Part shown: positions 27,010 through 36,896 of the stretch, in pieces
How the letters are laid out: each line of letters starts with the position of its first letter
How positions within the stretch are numbered: the stretch's first letter is position 1
Source of the DNA: Acidobacteriota bacterium
GTDB lineage: Bacteria > Acidobacteriota > Thermoanaerobaculia > Multivoradales > UBA5704
DNA: 64,000 bases
Direction of reading: 5' to 3'
Assembly: GCA_040005235.1 (NCBI GenBank)
Contig: JBDTZG010000010.1
Span: 1-64,000 of the forward strand
Position numbers and translations under genes: made by a program
Notes under the pieces: model-generated
Seen by the model: the letters and a program-made list of their open reading frames with translations, nothing else
Told to the model about the DNA's origin: nothing
The model's database searches: none

Positions 27010-27900
27010 ATGAATAGAACGATCCGTACCTCGCTCATCGCATCGACCCTCGCCCTTTCGGCCCTGCTTGGGCTGGGGACGTCCGCCGCTTCGGCCAAAG
27101 AGCTCGGACCCTTGAACGTGAAGCTTCGCTATGCGCCGCAGGAGGGCGTCGGCACCAACTCGCCCACGCTCGAAGCGGGGATCTCCGATCACCCGATCCG
27201 AGTCGAGATGGCGGAAGGCCGCACGGTCGCCGACCTTGCGGTGATCGGCGAAAGCACGGACGACGACGACCGGGTCTGGCCGGTGCGCGCGACCAACGAC
27301 CCGATCGAGTGGAGCAAGGAAGTGCTGGCCAAGAACGCCGGCGATTGGGGGATTCGGGTGGACGACGGCGCGCCGGTCACCTTGGTAGGCAAGCTCACCC
27401 GCTTCCGGGTGATCGAGAGCAACAAGGCGGTCGGCTCGACCTACAACGCCGAAGCGCAGTTCACCTTCGAGCTGCGCGACCGCAAAGGGGGGCTGCTCTG
27501 GGAAGGGACCGGCGCGGGCGACGCTACCCGCTACGGCAAAGCGCGGAGCGAGGACAACGTGAACGAGGTCTTTTCCGACGCCGCCCAGGAGGCCTTCGCC
27601 AGCGCGCTCGCCGACACCAAGCTGCAGGAGGCCTGGCTGGGCAAGAGCGGGCCGATGTCTACCCCCGCGATGGCGCAAGCCACCTCCTCGGAACGGAAGG
27701 CCGGCGACATGCTCACACCGGAAGCCATGCTCGAAGAGCTGGTGAAGCTCCAGAAGAAGGGCTTCGACGCCGATCTGCTGGTCGGTTTCGTCGACCAGAA
27801 GGGGCTCTCGCGTTCGCTCTCCTCCGACGACCTGCTCGCCTGGAAGAACGCCGGGATGCCGGATTCGGTGATCAAGGCGGCGTTGGCGAAGGGCAAGTAG
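27010..27900 (+). CDS. Secreted hypothetical protein (YajG-like fold possible)
   Basis: Signal peptide, strong codon bias, short C-terminal domain LLAWKNAGMPDSVIKA. Confidence 0.75.
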   Translation: MNRTIRTSLIASTLALSALLGLGTSAASAKELGPLNVKLRYAPQEGVGTNSPTLEAGISDHPIRVEMAEGRTVADLAVIGESTDDDDRVWPVRATNDPIEWSKEVLAKNAGDWGIRVDDGAPVTLVGKLTRFRVIESNKAVGSTYNAEAQFTFELRDRKGGLLWEGTGAGDATRYGKARSEDNVNEVFSDAAQEAFASALADTKLQEAWLGKSGPMSTPAMAQATSSERKAGDMLTPEAMLEELVKLQKKGFDADLLVGFVDQKGLSRSLSSDDLLAWKNAGMPDSVIKAALAKGK

Positions 27901-27901
27901 G

Positions 27902-28789
27902 CTAGCCGGCGGCGACGATTGGCAGCCGGGCCGACGCGCCGAGCGAAAGTCCGAGCCGGCCGGCCCCGGCGTAGACGTTGAACCGGTCGCCGCGGAGAAA
28001 CCCGACCAGCGTGACGCCGAAACGCAGGGCCAGCTCGACCGCGAGGCTGCTCGGGGCGGAGACCGCGCAGACGATCGGGACACCTGCGGCGAGCGATTTC
28101 TGGAGGATCTCGTAGCTCGACCGGCCGGAGACCAGGACGATCCGGTCGCTCCACGGCAGCTCGCCCGCGCGAAGCGAGGCTCCCACCAGCTTGTCGAGCG
28201 CGTTGTGGCGGCCGACATCCTCGCGCACGCTAAGCAGCTGGCCCGAGGCGTCGAACAGCGCCGCGGCGTGGAGACCGCCGGTCGCGTCGAACAGACCTTG
28301 CGCGGCGCGCAGGCGATCGGGCAGCGCGGCGATCACCTCTCGATCGACGCGCGGGCCGGAGCCGGCCGGGCGCTCCACCCGCAGCGCCAGCCCTTCGAGC
28401 GCCGCCTTGCCGCAGACGCCGCAGGCGCTGTTCGAGAAGAAGTGACGATCGAGCGGCGCAAGGTCGGGCTCTAGCCCCTGCGCCAAGGTCACCTCGACGA
28501 CGTTCGCCTCGGTCTCCGCCTCGGCCGAGTGATCGCCGGCCGAGAGCGCCACGACATCCGCCTCGCTGCGGATCACCCCTTCGGCGAAAAGGAAACCAAG
28601 GCTCAGCTCCGCATCCGCCCCCGGCGTGCGCATGGTGACCGCGACGGTCGTCTTTCGATCCTCTCCCCAGAGGAGGCGGATCTCCAACGGTTCCTCGGTC
28701 GCGAGCGCATCGTCGCGGGTTTCGGAGGCCATTCCGGCGACGCGCACCAGCTCGGTCGGTGTGGTGGATCTCGAAGAGCGCAGGTTCAT
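27902..28789 (-). CDS. fdhD: Formate dehydrogenase accessory sulfurtransferase
   Basis: EEPL, TMRTPG, SACGVCG, TGGLHAA, REDVGRHNALDK and SAPSSLA motifs. Confidence 0.95.
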   Translation of the reverse strand: MNLRSSRSTTPTELVRVAGMASETRDDALATEEPLEIRLLWGEDRKTTVAVTMRTPGADAELSLGFLFAEGVIRSEADVVALSAGDHSAEAETEANVVEVTLAQGLEPDLAPLDRHFFSNSACGVCGKAALEGLALRVERPAGSGPRVDREVIAALPDRLRAAQGLFDATGGLHAAALFDASGQLLSVREDVGRHNALDKLVGASLRAGELPWSDRIVLVSGRSSYEILQKSLAAGVPIVCAVSAPSSLAVELALRFGVTLVGFLRGDRFNVYAGAGRLGLSLGASARLPIVAAG

Positions 28790-28813
28790 CGTCCCGAAGC
28801 TTGGCACAGAACC

Positions 28814-29746
28814 CTAGGAACCATGAGGCTCGCCCTGTGGAATAGGAAGCCGCGCGCTCTCGGTCGATTCGATCCAGGTCTTCATCAAGGTCGCCGCAAG
28901 GATCACCGCGCCCCCGGCGAGCGACCAGGCGCTCGGCTGTTCATGGTGGATCAGCCAGGCCCAGATGGGATTGAGCACCGGTTCGAGGAACAAGAGCAGC
29001 GAGGTCTCGAACGCCGGCACGTGGCGAATCGCGCGGGTCATGAAGACATAGGCGACGCCGATCTGGAAGATGCCGAGGTAGGAGACCACCGCCAGATCGA
29101 CCGCCGAGATCGAGCCGATCGGAAAGATGAACGGCAGGCAGGCGAGACAGGCGAACGCGTTACCCCAGAGCGTCGCCGAGGCGGGCGATCCCCCCGGGTC
29201 CGCCGCCTCCCCCGACCGGCTGAGCAGGCGCAGCCCCATCACCGTGACGCCCCAGAACAGCCCGGCGGCGAGCGCGAGGACGTTGCCCAAGAGCGGGCGG
29301 GGGGCGGTCGCCGAGGACGGGTCGAGCCCGACGAAGAAGAGGCTCAAGCCCACCACCAGCAGGGCGACGAAATAGAGGTCGCGCCGCTTCACCCGCTCGT
29401 GCAGCAGCCAAGGGCTGAGCAGCAGCACGTAGAGCGGCGCGGTCGACTGGAGAAAGATCGAGCTGGCCGCCGTGGTCATCTTGTTCGAGAGGACGAACAG
29501 AATCATCGTGATGGCGTGGGCCGCCGCCACCAGGAGCGTCCGCGGGCGGGGCCTGCGGCGTGCCGCGGGGAGCATCATGTAAAGCGCCAAGGTGGCGATC
29601 CCGGCGCGGAAACAGGCGACCTGCCAACCCGACAGCGAAGCGGCCTTGACCGCGGCGCCGCCGGTCGAAAACAACGCCGCCGCGGCGAGCACGCCTAGCC
29701 GGCCGCCGAGCGCGACGCGCGAAGGAGAGGGAGGGGATTTCGCCAT
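28814..29746 (-). CDS. EamA/DMT-family transporter
   Basis: About ten hydrophobic segments, with IFLQSTAP and LEPVLNPIW motifs. Confidence 0.9.
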   Translation of the reverse strand: MAKSPPSPSRVALGGRLGVLAAAALFSTGGAAVKAASLSGWQVACFRAGIATLALYMMLPAARRRPRPRTLLVAAAHAITMILFVLSNKMTTAASSIFLQSTAPLYVLLLSPWLLHERVKRRDLYFVALLVVGLSLFFVGLDPSSATAPRPLLGNVLALAAGLFWGVTVMGLRLLSRSGEAADPGGSPASATLWGNAFACLACLPFIFPIGSISAVDLAVVSYLGIFQIGVAYVFMTRAIRHVPAFETSLLLFLEPVLNPIWAWLIHHEQPSAWSLAGGAVILAATLMKTWIESTESARLPIPQGEPHGS

Positions 29747-29943
29747 GCCGGCGGGATTGTATGCCGGCTGCTCCGGCATCGAGGGACTTGACCGCCGGCC
29801 AAGTCACCGCCAAGGCGGCAGTCATGGACAACCCCAGGGTGAGGTGATATATCTAAACTAAATTAACCAGTTTACATTGACGACCTTTTCCACGGAACTG
29901 CCACGGTGCCATAGTTGATTGCCACACAGGGAGGGTTTTCATC

Positions 29944-30219
29944 ATGCTGGCTGAGTACAAGACAAAGACGAATATCGGTGTAGGCCTCGGCATTATTGGC
30001 CAGCTTGTGGGCCGCACCCTCGTCGGGAAGGGTGAGACAGGCGGCGGCCTGTATTTGATTCTCGGCTTGGTGTTGATCCTGGCGGGAGTCGTCTCTTTCA
30101 TCTGGGGCTGCTGTTCGTACGCTGTTGGTAAAGGATATTCGTCTTCCTATGGCTTTCTTGGGCCACCGAATTCCGGTCCCACCACGCCGTTTTCGCCGCC
30201 ACCGTCAAATCCCCGCTGA
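29944..30219 (+). pseudogene. Small membrane protein, apparently 3'-truncated
   Basis: Hydrophobic protein up to WGCCSYAVGKGY...GFLG, then an abrupt switch near 30162 to Pro-rich, non-protein-like sequence. Confidence 0.5.
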
Positions 30220-30369
30220 ACGAAAACGCCGATTCGGGAGTCGGAGGCGGCACCTTTCTTCCCTTGGTCCGCCGATGTCCCGCCCGCCATCTCCTCCGGC
30301 GGGGCGGGCCGGAGGGCCGCGCACCCGGTCGGACTTATTGACTCTTGCCAATATCTAGATTGACGGGCA

Positions 30370-31227
30370 GAAGCGCTCGACGACTCGGAGCTGGACAGCG
30401 CCCTCTCCGACGCGCTCCCCACCCTGTCGATGACTCCCGGCGAGCTCTATTTCGGCGACAACTTCGACCTCTCCTACGAGCTGCCGGTGGCCGCGATCTA
30501 CCGCAACTTCAAGTTCGAACCCGACGCGCACGACTTTGGGGCGAAGCGGGTGATCGGTCTCAACATCCCGGCGGGAGGCGGCGTGACCGACGCCGAAAAG
30601 GTGATCGCGCGGCTGGCGATTCATCCGAACACCGCGCGCCACATCGCCACCAAACTGCTCATCTACTTCTGGGGCTACGAGCCGCCGGCCACCTACGTCA
30701 ACCGGGCAGCCACCGTGTTTCGCAATACCGGCGGCGACATCAAGGCGATGCTCCGCACGGTCCTCCAGCGCGCCTGGATGGAAACCGCCCCGGCCAAGCT
30801 GAAGCGGCCGTTCCATTACGCCGCCTCCGCCGTGCGCGCGACGTTCGGCGCGGTGGACGATCCCGGGCCGCTGTTCGATCATCTTTCGGACTCCGGCCAC
30901 CTCCCCTACTACTGGTCGCCGCCGAACGGCTATCCGGACACGCGGGTCTATTGGTCGGGATTTCTGCGCAACCGGTGGAACTTTTCGCTCGATCTTTCGT
31001 CCAGCGATTCGCTGGGCATCCGCATCGATCTCGATCATCTGCTGCCGAGAAACCTCACCCCTCAAGCGCTCACCACGCGGATCAACGCGCTGGTCGCGAA
31101 CGGCAAGCTCGCGCCGGTGACGCAGAACGCCGTGCGCGATTTCCTGCGCGGCGGACAGCGAACGGCGCAGCGGGTCCACGAAGCGCTCGGCCTCGCTTTG
31201 GCTTCTCCCGATTTCCAAGAATTTTGA
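30370..31227 (+). pseudogene. DUF1800-family gene, 5'-truncated with an internal in-frame deletion
   Basis: C-terminal motifs HDFGAK, HPNTARHIATKL, KLKRP, PPNGYPD and LASPDFQ are present. AAIYR runs directly into NFKFEPDAHD near 30504, without the RQLxE/FWxxHF/NENYARE core. An in-frame stop lies at 30361. Confidence 0.7.
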
Positions 31228-31251
31228 TTGACCGCGACCCGGAGAATTTCG

Positions 31252-32547
31252 ATGAGCAAGCACGACGAACAGAAGGGTTGCGCCGAATTCAATCATCTTT
31301 CGCGGCGGAAGTTTCTCGGCCTGTCGGCCGGCGCGCTCGCCGCGGCCGCCGCTCCCGCCTGGCTGCCGAAAGTCGCGTTCGCGACGACCGCCGACGGCTC
31401 GCGCGACGTGCTGATCTCGATCTTTCTCCGTGGCGGCGCGGACGGCCTGACTCTCGTGGTGCCGCACGGTGAAGACGCCTACTACGACCTGCGGCCGACG
31501 CTTGCGATCCCACGGCCCGGTAGCGGCGCCAACTCGGCGATCGACCTTGACGGCTTCTTCGGCCTGCCGCCCGCGATGGCCGCGCTCAAAGAGGCGTACG
31601 ACGACGACGCGCTGCTGTTCGTCCACGCGACCGGCTTGCCCGACCCGACCCGCTCGCATTTTTCCGCGATGTATTTCATGGAGGTCGGCCGCCCCTCGCC
31701 GCCCACGTCCCTGTTCACCGGATGGCTGGGCCGGCATCTCGCGACGACTCCGGCGGCCGTGCCTGGAGCGCCGTTGCGCGCCCTCGGCCTCGGCTACGGT
31801 CTGCCGCGCAGCCTGGTCGGCGCACCGCAGACCGTGCCGGTGCGCGACCTGGGCGACGTCGGCCTGGCGGGCGACGAGGCCCTAGCACCCGGCCGGCGAC
31901 GAGCGCTCGACGCGATGTACGCGGCGGCGACCGACTCGCTGCTCAAGGCGTCGGCGAACAACACGACGCGGACGATCGACCTGCTCCAGCGGATCGATTT
32001 CGCAGGTTACCAGCCGGCCGGCGGCGCCGAGTATCCGGACGACGAGTTCGGCAACGCGATCAAATCGACCGCGGCGTTGATCAAAGCGCAGGTGGGTGTC
32101 GAAGCCGCGACGATCGACCTGTCCGGCTGGGACAGCCATGAGGAGATGGGCGCGATCGACGGCGACCTCGCGGTCCTGATGACCAGCCTTTCCCGCGGCC
32201 TCGCAGCGTTCCACAAGGATCTCTTCACCAGCGGGTTCGATCGCGTGGTGGTCACCGTGCAGTCGGAGTTCGGACGGAACGCAAACGAAAACGCCAGCCG
32301 CGGCTGCGATCACGGCCACGGCGGAGCGATGATCGTCCTCGGCGGCCAAGTCGCCGGAGGGCGCATCCTCGCCGACTGGCCCGGTTTGGCGCCCGATAAG
32401 CTCTACGAAGAGCAGGACCTGCAGATCACGATCGACTACCGGGACATCCTCGCCGAGATTCTCCAGAAACGTCTCGGCAATACGAATTTGGCGGCGGTGT
32501 TCCCTGATCCGGGATACAGCCCAAGCTTCAAGGGTGTGATTCGGTAG
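31252..32547 (+). CDS. DUF1501-family Tat-exported protein
   Basis: Twin-arginine signal SRRKFL. FLRGGADGL, RSHF, GWDSH, SEFGR and DHGHG motifs. Confidence 0.92.
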   Translation: MSKHDEQKGCAEFNHLSRRKFLGLSAGALAAAAAPAWLPKVAFATTADGSRDVLISIFLRGGADGLTLVVPHGEDAYYDLRPTLAIPRPGSGANSAIDLDGFFGLPPAMAALKEAYDDDALLFVHATGLPDPTRSHFSAMYFMEVGRPSPPTSLFTGWLGRHLATTPAAVPGAPLRALGLGYGLPRSLVGAPQTVPVRDLGDVGLAGDEALAPGRRRALDAMYAAATDSLLKASANNTTRTIDLLQRIDFAGYQPAGGAEYPDDEFGNAIKSTAALIKAQVGVEAATIDLSGWDSHEEMGAIDGDLAVLMTSLSRGLAAFHKDLFTSGFDRVVVTVQSEFGRNANENASRGCDHGHGGAMIVLGGQVAGGRILADWPGLAPDKLYEEQDLQITIDYRDILAEILQKRLGNTNLAAVFPDPGYSPSFKGVIR

Positions 32548-32551
32548 ATTG

Positions 32552-32953
32552 CTACTGCCGAGCATCCTGGCGCTGCACCGAGCCAGGCCAGTCAAGAATC
32601 TTCTGATCGGCGGTCAACAGTCGGTCACCCCGCAATAAGGCCGTCGAGGTGATCAAGCGATCGGCAGGATCGCCATGAAATTCCTCGAGCGACGCGGCGG
32701 CGATCCCGATCCCGCCATCGACGACGATCTCTCGTACGCCGGCCGACAAAAGATCCTGTCGCCAGGCATGAACCGGGATGGCAAGCTCGAGACGCCCCTT
32801 CTCGATCAGCATCGCGGTTTCCCAGAACGAGATCGCCGAGACCCCAAGCTCACCCGCCTGGTGGGCTTCGTCAATGGCCGCCCGAGCTTCCACCCCAAGT
32901 CTGGAATCTGCGCTGTCGAGCCAGATCAAGACGTGGGTGTCGAGCAGGATCAA
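32552..32953 (-). CDS. vapC: VapC-family PIN toxin
   Basis: LLDTHVLIW, SAISFWE, HGDPADRLI and LLTAD motifs. Confidence 0.92.
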   Translation of the reverse strand: MILLDTHVLIWLDSADSRLGVEARAAIDEAHQAGELGVSAISFWETAMLIEKGRLELAIPVHAWRQDLLSAGVREIVVDGGIGIAAASLEEFHGDPADRLITSTALLRGDRLLTADQKILDWPGSVQRQDARQ

Positions 32954-33177
32954 CGCTCGGCGTCCCAGGTTTCGTCAAGAGGCGACAGGATGTCACCGCA
33001 GATCGTCAGGGAACCGCGATGGCGCCCGAACAGAGACGACGATCGGTCCGGGTAGGGAGACAGCAAAGAGATTGGCTTGCCGTGCTTGGTAATCACGAGT
33101 TGCTCCCCGCTTTCTGTCACTTCTTCCATGAGTTGGAGGCACTTGGCCTTGAACTCAGAAGCCTTGATGGTTCGCAT
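32950..33177 (-). CDS. Phd/YefM-family antitoxin
   Basis: IKASEFKAKCLQLMEEV..ITKHGKP. 4-nt overlap with the toxin gene. Confidence 0.9.
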   Translation of the reverse strand: MRTIKASEFKAKCLQLMEEVTESGEQLVITKHGKPISLLSPYPDRSSSLFGRHRGSLTICGDILSPLDETWDAER

Positions 33178-33202
33178 AAGCCCTCCCGCGCCATCTTCCA
33201 CC

Positions 33203-33216
33203 ATGGTCACGACCAT
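33203..33216. promoter_or_regulatory. Palindromic operator candidate for TA autoregulation
   Basis: ATGGTC-AC-GACCAT about 25 nt upstream of the antitoxin start. Confidence 0.5.
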
Positions 33217-33263
33217 AGTCAATATGCGCTGATTAGTCGGGTTCTCGGTCCTGCGCGCGGGTT

Positions 33264-34214
33264 TTACGGCGCTCCCTTCGTCCGCACGTACACCCCGTCG
33301 AACTCAGGGATCCAGCTTTTCCCCCGGTCGGCCGACCGCTCGATGAATTGGCGTACTCGGTCCGTGCCTTCGGCCGTGTAGGTCATGCGAAATCGGGCCG
33401 GCTTGCCGTCCGGGCCTTTGCCCTCGCGTAGAAAGCGGAGGGACGCGCCCTCCGCTTCGCCAGTCCACTCCTGCACCTCGCCCTTGGAATCGACGTAGCG
33501 TTGCGACCACTGCTTCGTCGACGCCGACCAGGCGCTCAAAGATTGGCCGGCGTAGGCGCCGTCGTTCTGGACGTAGTCTTCGTGGATCGCGCAGCCGTTC
33601 AAGATCGACGTGATGTGGCTGGTCGCCACCGACTTTCCCGCCGGAACCTGCACGTCCCAAACCCCGACCCAGAACCCGAGCTGGCCATACTCCGGAGATA
33701 CCGAGCAGGGATCGACCTTCTTCTTCACCTCCAGCACCAACTTGGCAAAGCGAAGATCGGAGCGGATCGGCTCGAAGTCGGGATCCTTCTCCACCACTTC
33801 GAGCCGTGTCAAGCCGAGCTTCACCGCCTTGGACAGCTCCGCGAGCGCGGCGTCTTTCTTTCCCCATCGAGAAAGCACTCGCGAGAGGCGCGTCGCGATC
33901 GCCACAGGAGCGTACCCCGCGCTCCCCGCCTGGGTGTAGGTGTTGAACGCCTCCTGCCATTGCCCCAGCGCATGATGTGCGGCGCCGAGGTTGAACCAGG
34001 CTTGCGCGTTGCTCGGCCGCGCGAAGGTGATCGCTTCATAGGCCTCGATCGAGCCGGCCCAGTCTTTGGACTCAAACAGCGCGGCGGCTTTCGCTTCCGG
34101 CTCGCTCGGCGCCGCGGCGGGGGGATCTTGCGCCAAGCCCACCTGCCCCGCCAGCGCCCAGGACAAGACTCCAAGTACAAAACCCCGCATCGGACGCGCG
34201 TTGCTGACGAACAT
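33264..34214 (-). CDS. Secreted TPR protein with C-terminal beta-barrel-like domain
   Basis: Signal peptide, TPRs (AWFNLG), DPDFEPIRSD and C...EY.QLGFWVGVWDV motifs. Confidence 0.8.
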   Translation of the reverse strand: MFVSNARPMRGFVLGVLSWALAGQVGLAQDPPAAAPSEPEAKAAALFESKDWAGSIEAYEAITFARPSNAQAWFNLGAAHHALGQWQEAFNTYTQAGSAGYAPVAIATRLSRVLSRWGKKDAALAELSKAVKLGLTRLEVVEKDPDFEPIRSDLRFAKLVLEVKKKVDPCSVSPEYGQLGFWVGVWDVQVPAGKSVATSHITSILNGCAIHEDYVQNDGAYAGQSLSAWSASTKQWSQRYVDSKGEVQEWTGEAEGASLRFLREGKGPDGKPARFRMTYTAEGTDRVRQFIERSADRGKSWIPEFDGVYVRTKGAP

Positions 34215-34289
34215 TTCGACCTCCTGGAAAGCGAAAAGCACCGGGCGCAGGATATCAAACCAGCCGGCCGGCCCCGGATCGCTACCGTC

Positions 34290-34895
34290 TCAGGAGCCTT
34301 CCTTCGGCGACCCTGGAAGATCGAGCCGAATCCGGCCGTCGCCCCCGAACCGGAGCCGGATCTCGCCGTCGCGATCGGTGCGTAAAACGCGAAGTCCGCG
34401 CGCGGCGAACCGCTCCAGCACCTCGGGCGAAGGATGGTAGTAGGGATTCTTCGGCCCGACCGAGATCAACGCCCAACGGGGATCGACCGCGTCGAGTAGG
34501 AATCCAGCCGACGAGGTTCGGCTGCCGTGGTGCGCCACTTTGAGCACGTCGGATCGCAGGCGTTCTTGCGGCAGATCGAGCAGGCGCAGCTCTCCTATCC
34601 GTTCGACGTCTCCGGTGAGCAGCACCCGCCGACCGTACACCTCGGCGGAGAGAATCAGCGAACGTTCGTTCTCGGCGGTTCCACCCCGTTCCACCTCCTC
34701 ACGCGATGGCCCGAGGACGCTCAGCCGCCAGCGCCCGACGCGGCCACGAGCCCCCGCGACGAACGTGCGGACCCGCGCGCCGGGGACCGAAAACAGCTCG
34801 CCCGCGCAGCCTTCCGCCGGCCAGCCCGGCGCGGTCCAGATCTCCCCAATGTCCAAATAGGACGAAAGATCGACCAGGCCTTGGCAGTGATCTGA
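34290..34895 (-). pseudogene. comEC: 3' part of comEC/rec2 (metallo-beta-lactamase domain), interrupted by the integrative element
   Basis: The frame reads DHCQGL...ENERSL...LLTGDVE...LKVAHHGSRTSS...ISVG..NPYYHP...RTDRDGEI. Similarity stops inside the HxDxDH motif. Confidence 0.88.
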
Positions 34896-36451
34896 TTGCC
34901 GTGCCTTTTTGCCAGGCCTTTGGGGGAAGGGGGGCTGGAGGGAGGGGTGCTCGACGGAGATGTCCCAAAGGGAGGGATGGTAGGCGGAGGTGTATAGGCG
35001 AGGTTGATTTCGATCTCCCCCTTGCCTACGACGATCCGCTCGACCACCTGCTCCACGATTTGCCTCCGATCCTCAAAGGGAAGCTGCGGCCATCGGGCAT
35101 ACAGAGACCCCGCTTCGACGACAAAGCCGGCAGCGGAGACCTGCTGGATCTTGAGGAAGTCAACCTCCCCCTGAAGGCGAGGAATCTCGGTATCGAGCTG
35201 GGAGGCTCGTTCCTCAAGCGGACGGTGGCGCTCCCCAAACGACTTGGTTGAGAGCCCCTCGTCCTGATAGAGCCGGTAGAGCTTGTCCATTTCAGAGGAC
35301 ACTCGGGTGCGCTCCCGCAAGAGCGCTACTAAGAGATCCTCCTTCTGGCACAGTGCCTCATCTCCTTCCGAGAGGTATGCCGCGACCTCCTGAGGGTCGA
35401 GGAAAAAGTCTCGGAGCTTTTCGTGAAAGACCTGCTCAAGGTCCGCAGTCGGGATCTTGTTATGACACCCTCCCAGCCTGCTGTTGCAGATGTACTTCGG
35501 GCTGTTGGACGGGACGCGCATCTTCCGGCCACAGGAGCAGAAGGTGACGCCAGTGAAGAGGTGAACCGCCGGGCGGCCTGTCCGCTTCACCTTGGCGAGG
35601 CGGTCTTTGAGGTATGCGTTGCACTCTTCCCAGATCTCCTCGGACACCACCGGCTCAACGTTGGTCCATACCCATTCGTGCTCGGGCTTGATGAGTCGCT
35701 TCACGCCGTCGCTGCGGGAGTAGTTGGCGCGATGGAGCCCCTTGGCGACCGGGTTGGTGAGGAGTTCCCGGATGGTCATGTCCGCGAACAGTTGCCCCTT
35801 CCTCGTCCGATATCCAGCCTCGTTGAGGAGGCGGGCAACCCGGCCGATGAGACGATGCTCCCGGAAGAGTTCAAAGACGAGCTTCAGAATCGGAGCTTCG
35901 CTCGGATCGGGCATTAGCCGCGCCTTGTTCTCCCAGCGGTATCCATAGGGAGCCTTCCCCGCGACTGGTTTCCCTAACTTGGCCCGGATCGGCACCGATG
36001 CCGCTATCCGGGCGGAGATTTCCTCTCGCTCCCACTCGGCAAGGGCCGCGATGAGCGTGTAGAAGAAGCGGCCGGCCGGGCTTGAGGTGTCGATCGACTC
36101 CGCGAGGGAGATGAGGTCGGCCCCTTCCCGCCGGAAGATGTCGGCGAACTCCAGAAGCTCCTTGGTGTTTCGAGCCAACCGAGCGAGCTTCGAGAAGATG
36201 AGGCCGGTGATCGTGCCTTCCCGTACGTCGGCAAGCATCTCGATCGCTTCGGGCCGGCCCATAACGGACTTCCCTGAGATCGCATCGAGCCGGTACACCT
36301 TGGCGACAGTCCAGCCCTTCATCTCGGCGTACATCCGGGCGCGAGCTTCATGGGTCTCCGGGCTCTCACCCTTGACCTGATCCTCGGTTGAGACCCGAAT
36401 CCAGAGTCCTACTTGTTTGCCTCCTATGCTATTTGGCTCCTGCAGTTTCAT
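34721..36451 (-). CDS. Large serine recombinase (integrase 1)
   Basis: Catalytic IRVST, SKLARLAR, APYGY, Zn-ribbon CSCG...C..C and coiled coil. The C-terminus runs across the att-like site. Confidence 0.93.
   Translation of the reverse strand: MKLQEPNSIGGKQVGLWIRVSTEDQVKGESPETHEARARMYAEMKGWTVAKVYRLDAISGKSVMGRPEAIEMLADVREGTITGLIFSKLARLARNTKELLEFADIFRREGADLISLAESIDTSSPAGRFFYTLIAALAEWEREEISARIAASVPIRAKLGKPVAGKAPYGYRWENKARLMPDPSEAPILKLVFELFREHRLIGRVARLLNEAGYRTRKGQLFADMTIRELLTNPVAKGLHRANYSRSDGVKRLIKPEHEWVWTNVEPVVSEEIWEECNAYLKDRLAKVKRTGRPAVHLFTGVTFCSCGRKMRVPSNSPKYICNSRLGGCHNKIPTADLEQVFHEKLRDFFLDPQEVAAYLSEGDEALCQKEDLLVALLRERTRVSSEMDKLYRLYQDEGLSTKSFGERHRPLEERASQLDTEIPRLQGEVDFLKIQQVSAAGFVVEAGSLYARWPQLPFEDRRQIVEQVVERIVVGKGEIEINLAYTPPPTIPPFGTSPSSTPPSSPPSPKGLAKRHGNQITAKAWSIFRPIWTLGRSGPRRAGRRKAARASCFRSPARGSARSSRGLVAASGAGG
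34876..34919. other. Candidate att (recombination) site at the comEC/element junction
   Basis: Imperfect inverted repeat AGGCCTTGGCA ... TGCCAGGCCT centred at 34897-34898, where comEC similarity ends. Confidence 0.65.
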
Positions 36452-36624
36452 GGATTGTCTCCATCTGCTCTAGGTTATGATTGCGTGAGGTAGAAAGAAC
36501 AGCATCCCGCGGTAAGAGTACGGATGATTTTCTCGCGCTCAAGGCGCCGAAAAGTGCCAGAACGGCATTCATTCAAGGATGATCCTCCGTCCGGCTACCT
36601 TTCGACGGAGACAAGGAGGTTTTG

Positions 36625-36867
36625 ATGGACGCTAGCAATGTCACCAATAGCGTCGGACTCGTTCTCGATATCCTCGGCGCGTTTTTGGTCTGGCAGTACG
36701 GATTGCCGGCCGTAATGGAGCCTGGTGGAACTCGATACCGTAGCCGTTCCGGAAGTGACCCGGAAGGTCCGAGCACGGAGAAATTGCAATATCGAGCAAG
36801 ATCCAAGGCAGGTTTTGGTCTACTCATGGCGGGATTCATCTTGCAGTTGCTAAGCAATTTTCTCTAG
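36625..36867 (+). CDS. Small two-TM membrane protein
   Basis: AAGGAGG RBS and two hydrophobic helices. Confidence 0.7.
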   Translation: MDASNVTNSVGLVLDILGAFLVWQYGLPAVMEPGGTRYRSRSGSDPEGPSTEKLQYRARSKAGFGLLMAGFILQLLSNFL

Positions 36868-36896
36868 TGGCATCGTGGTTTTGGTTACGGAGAGGG

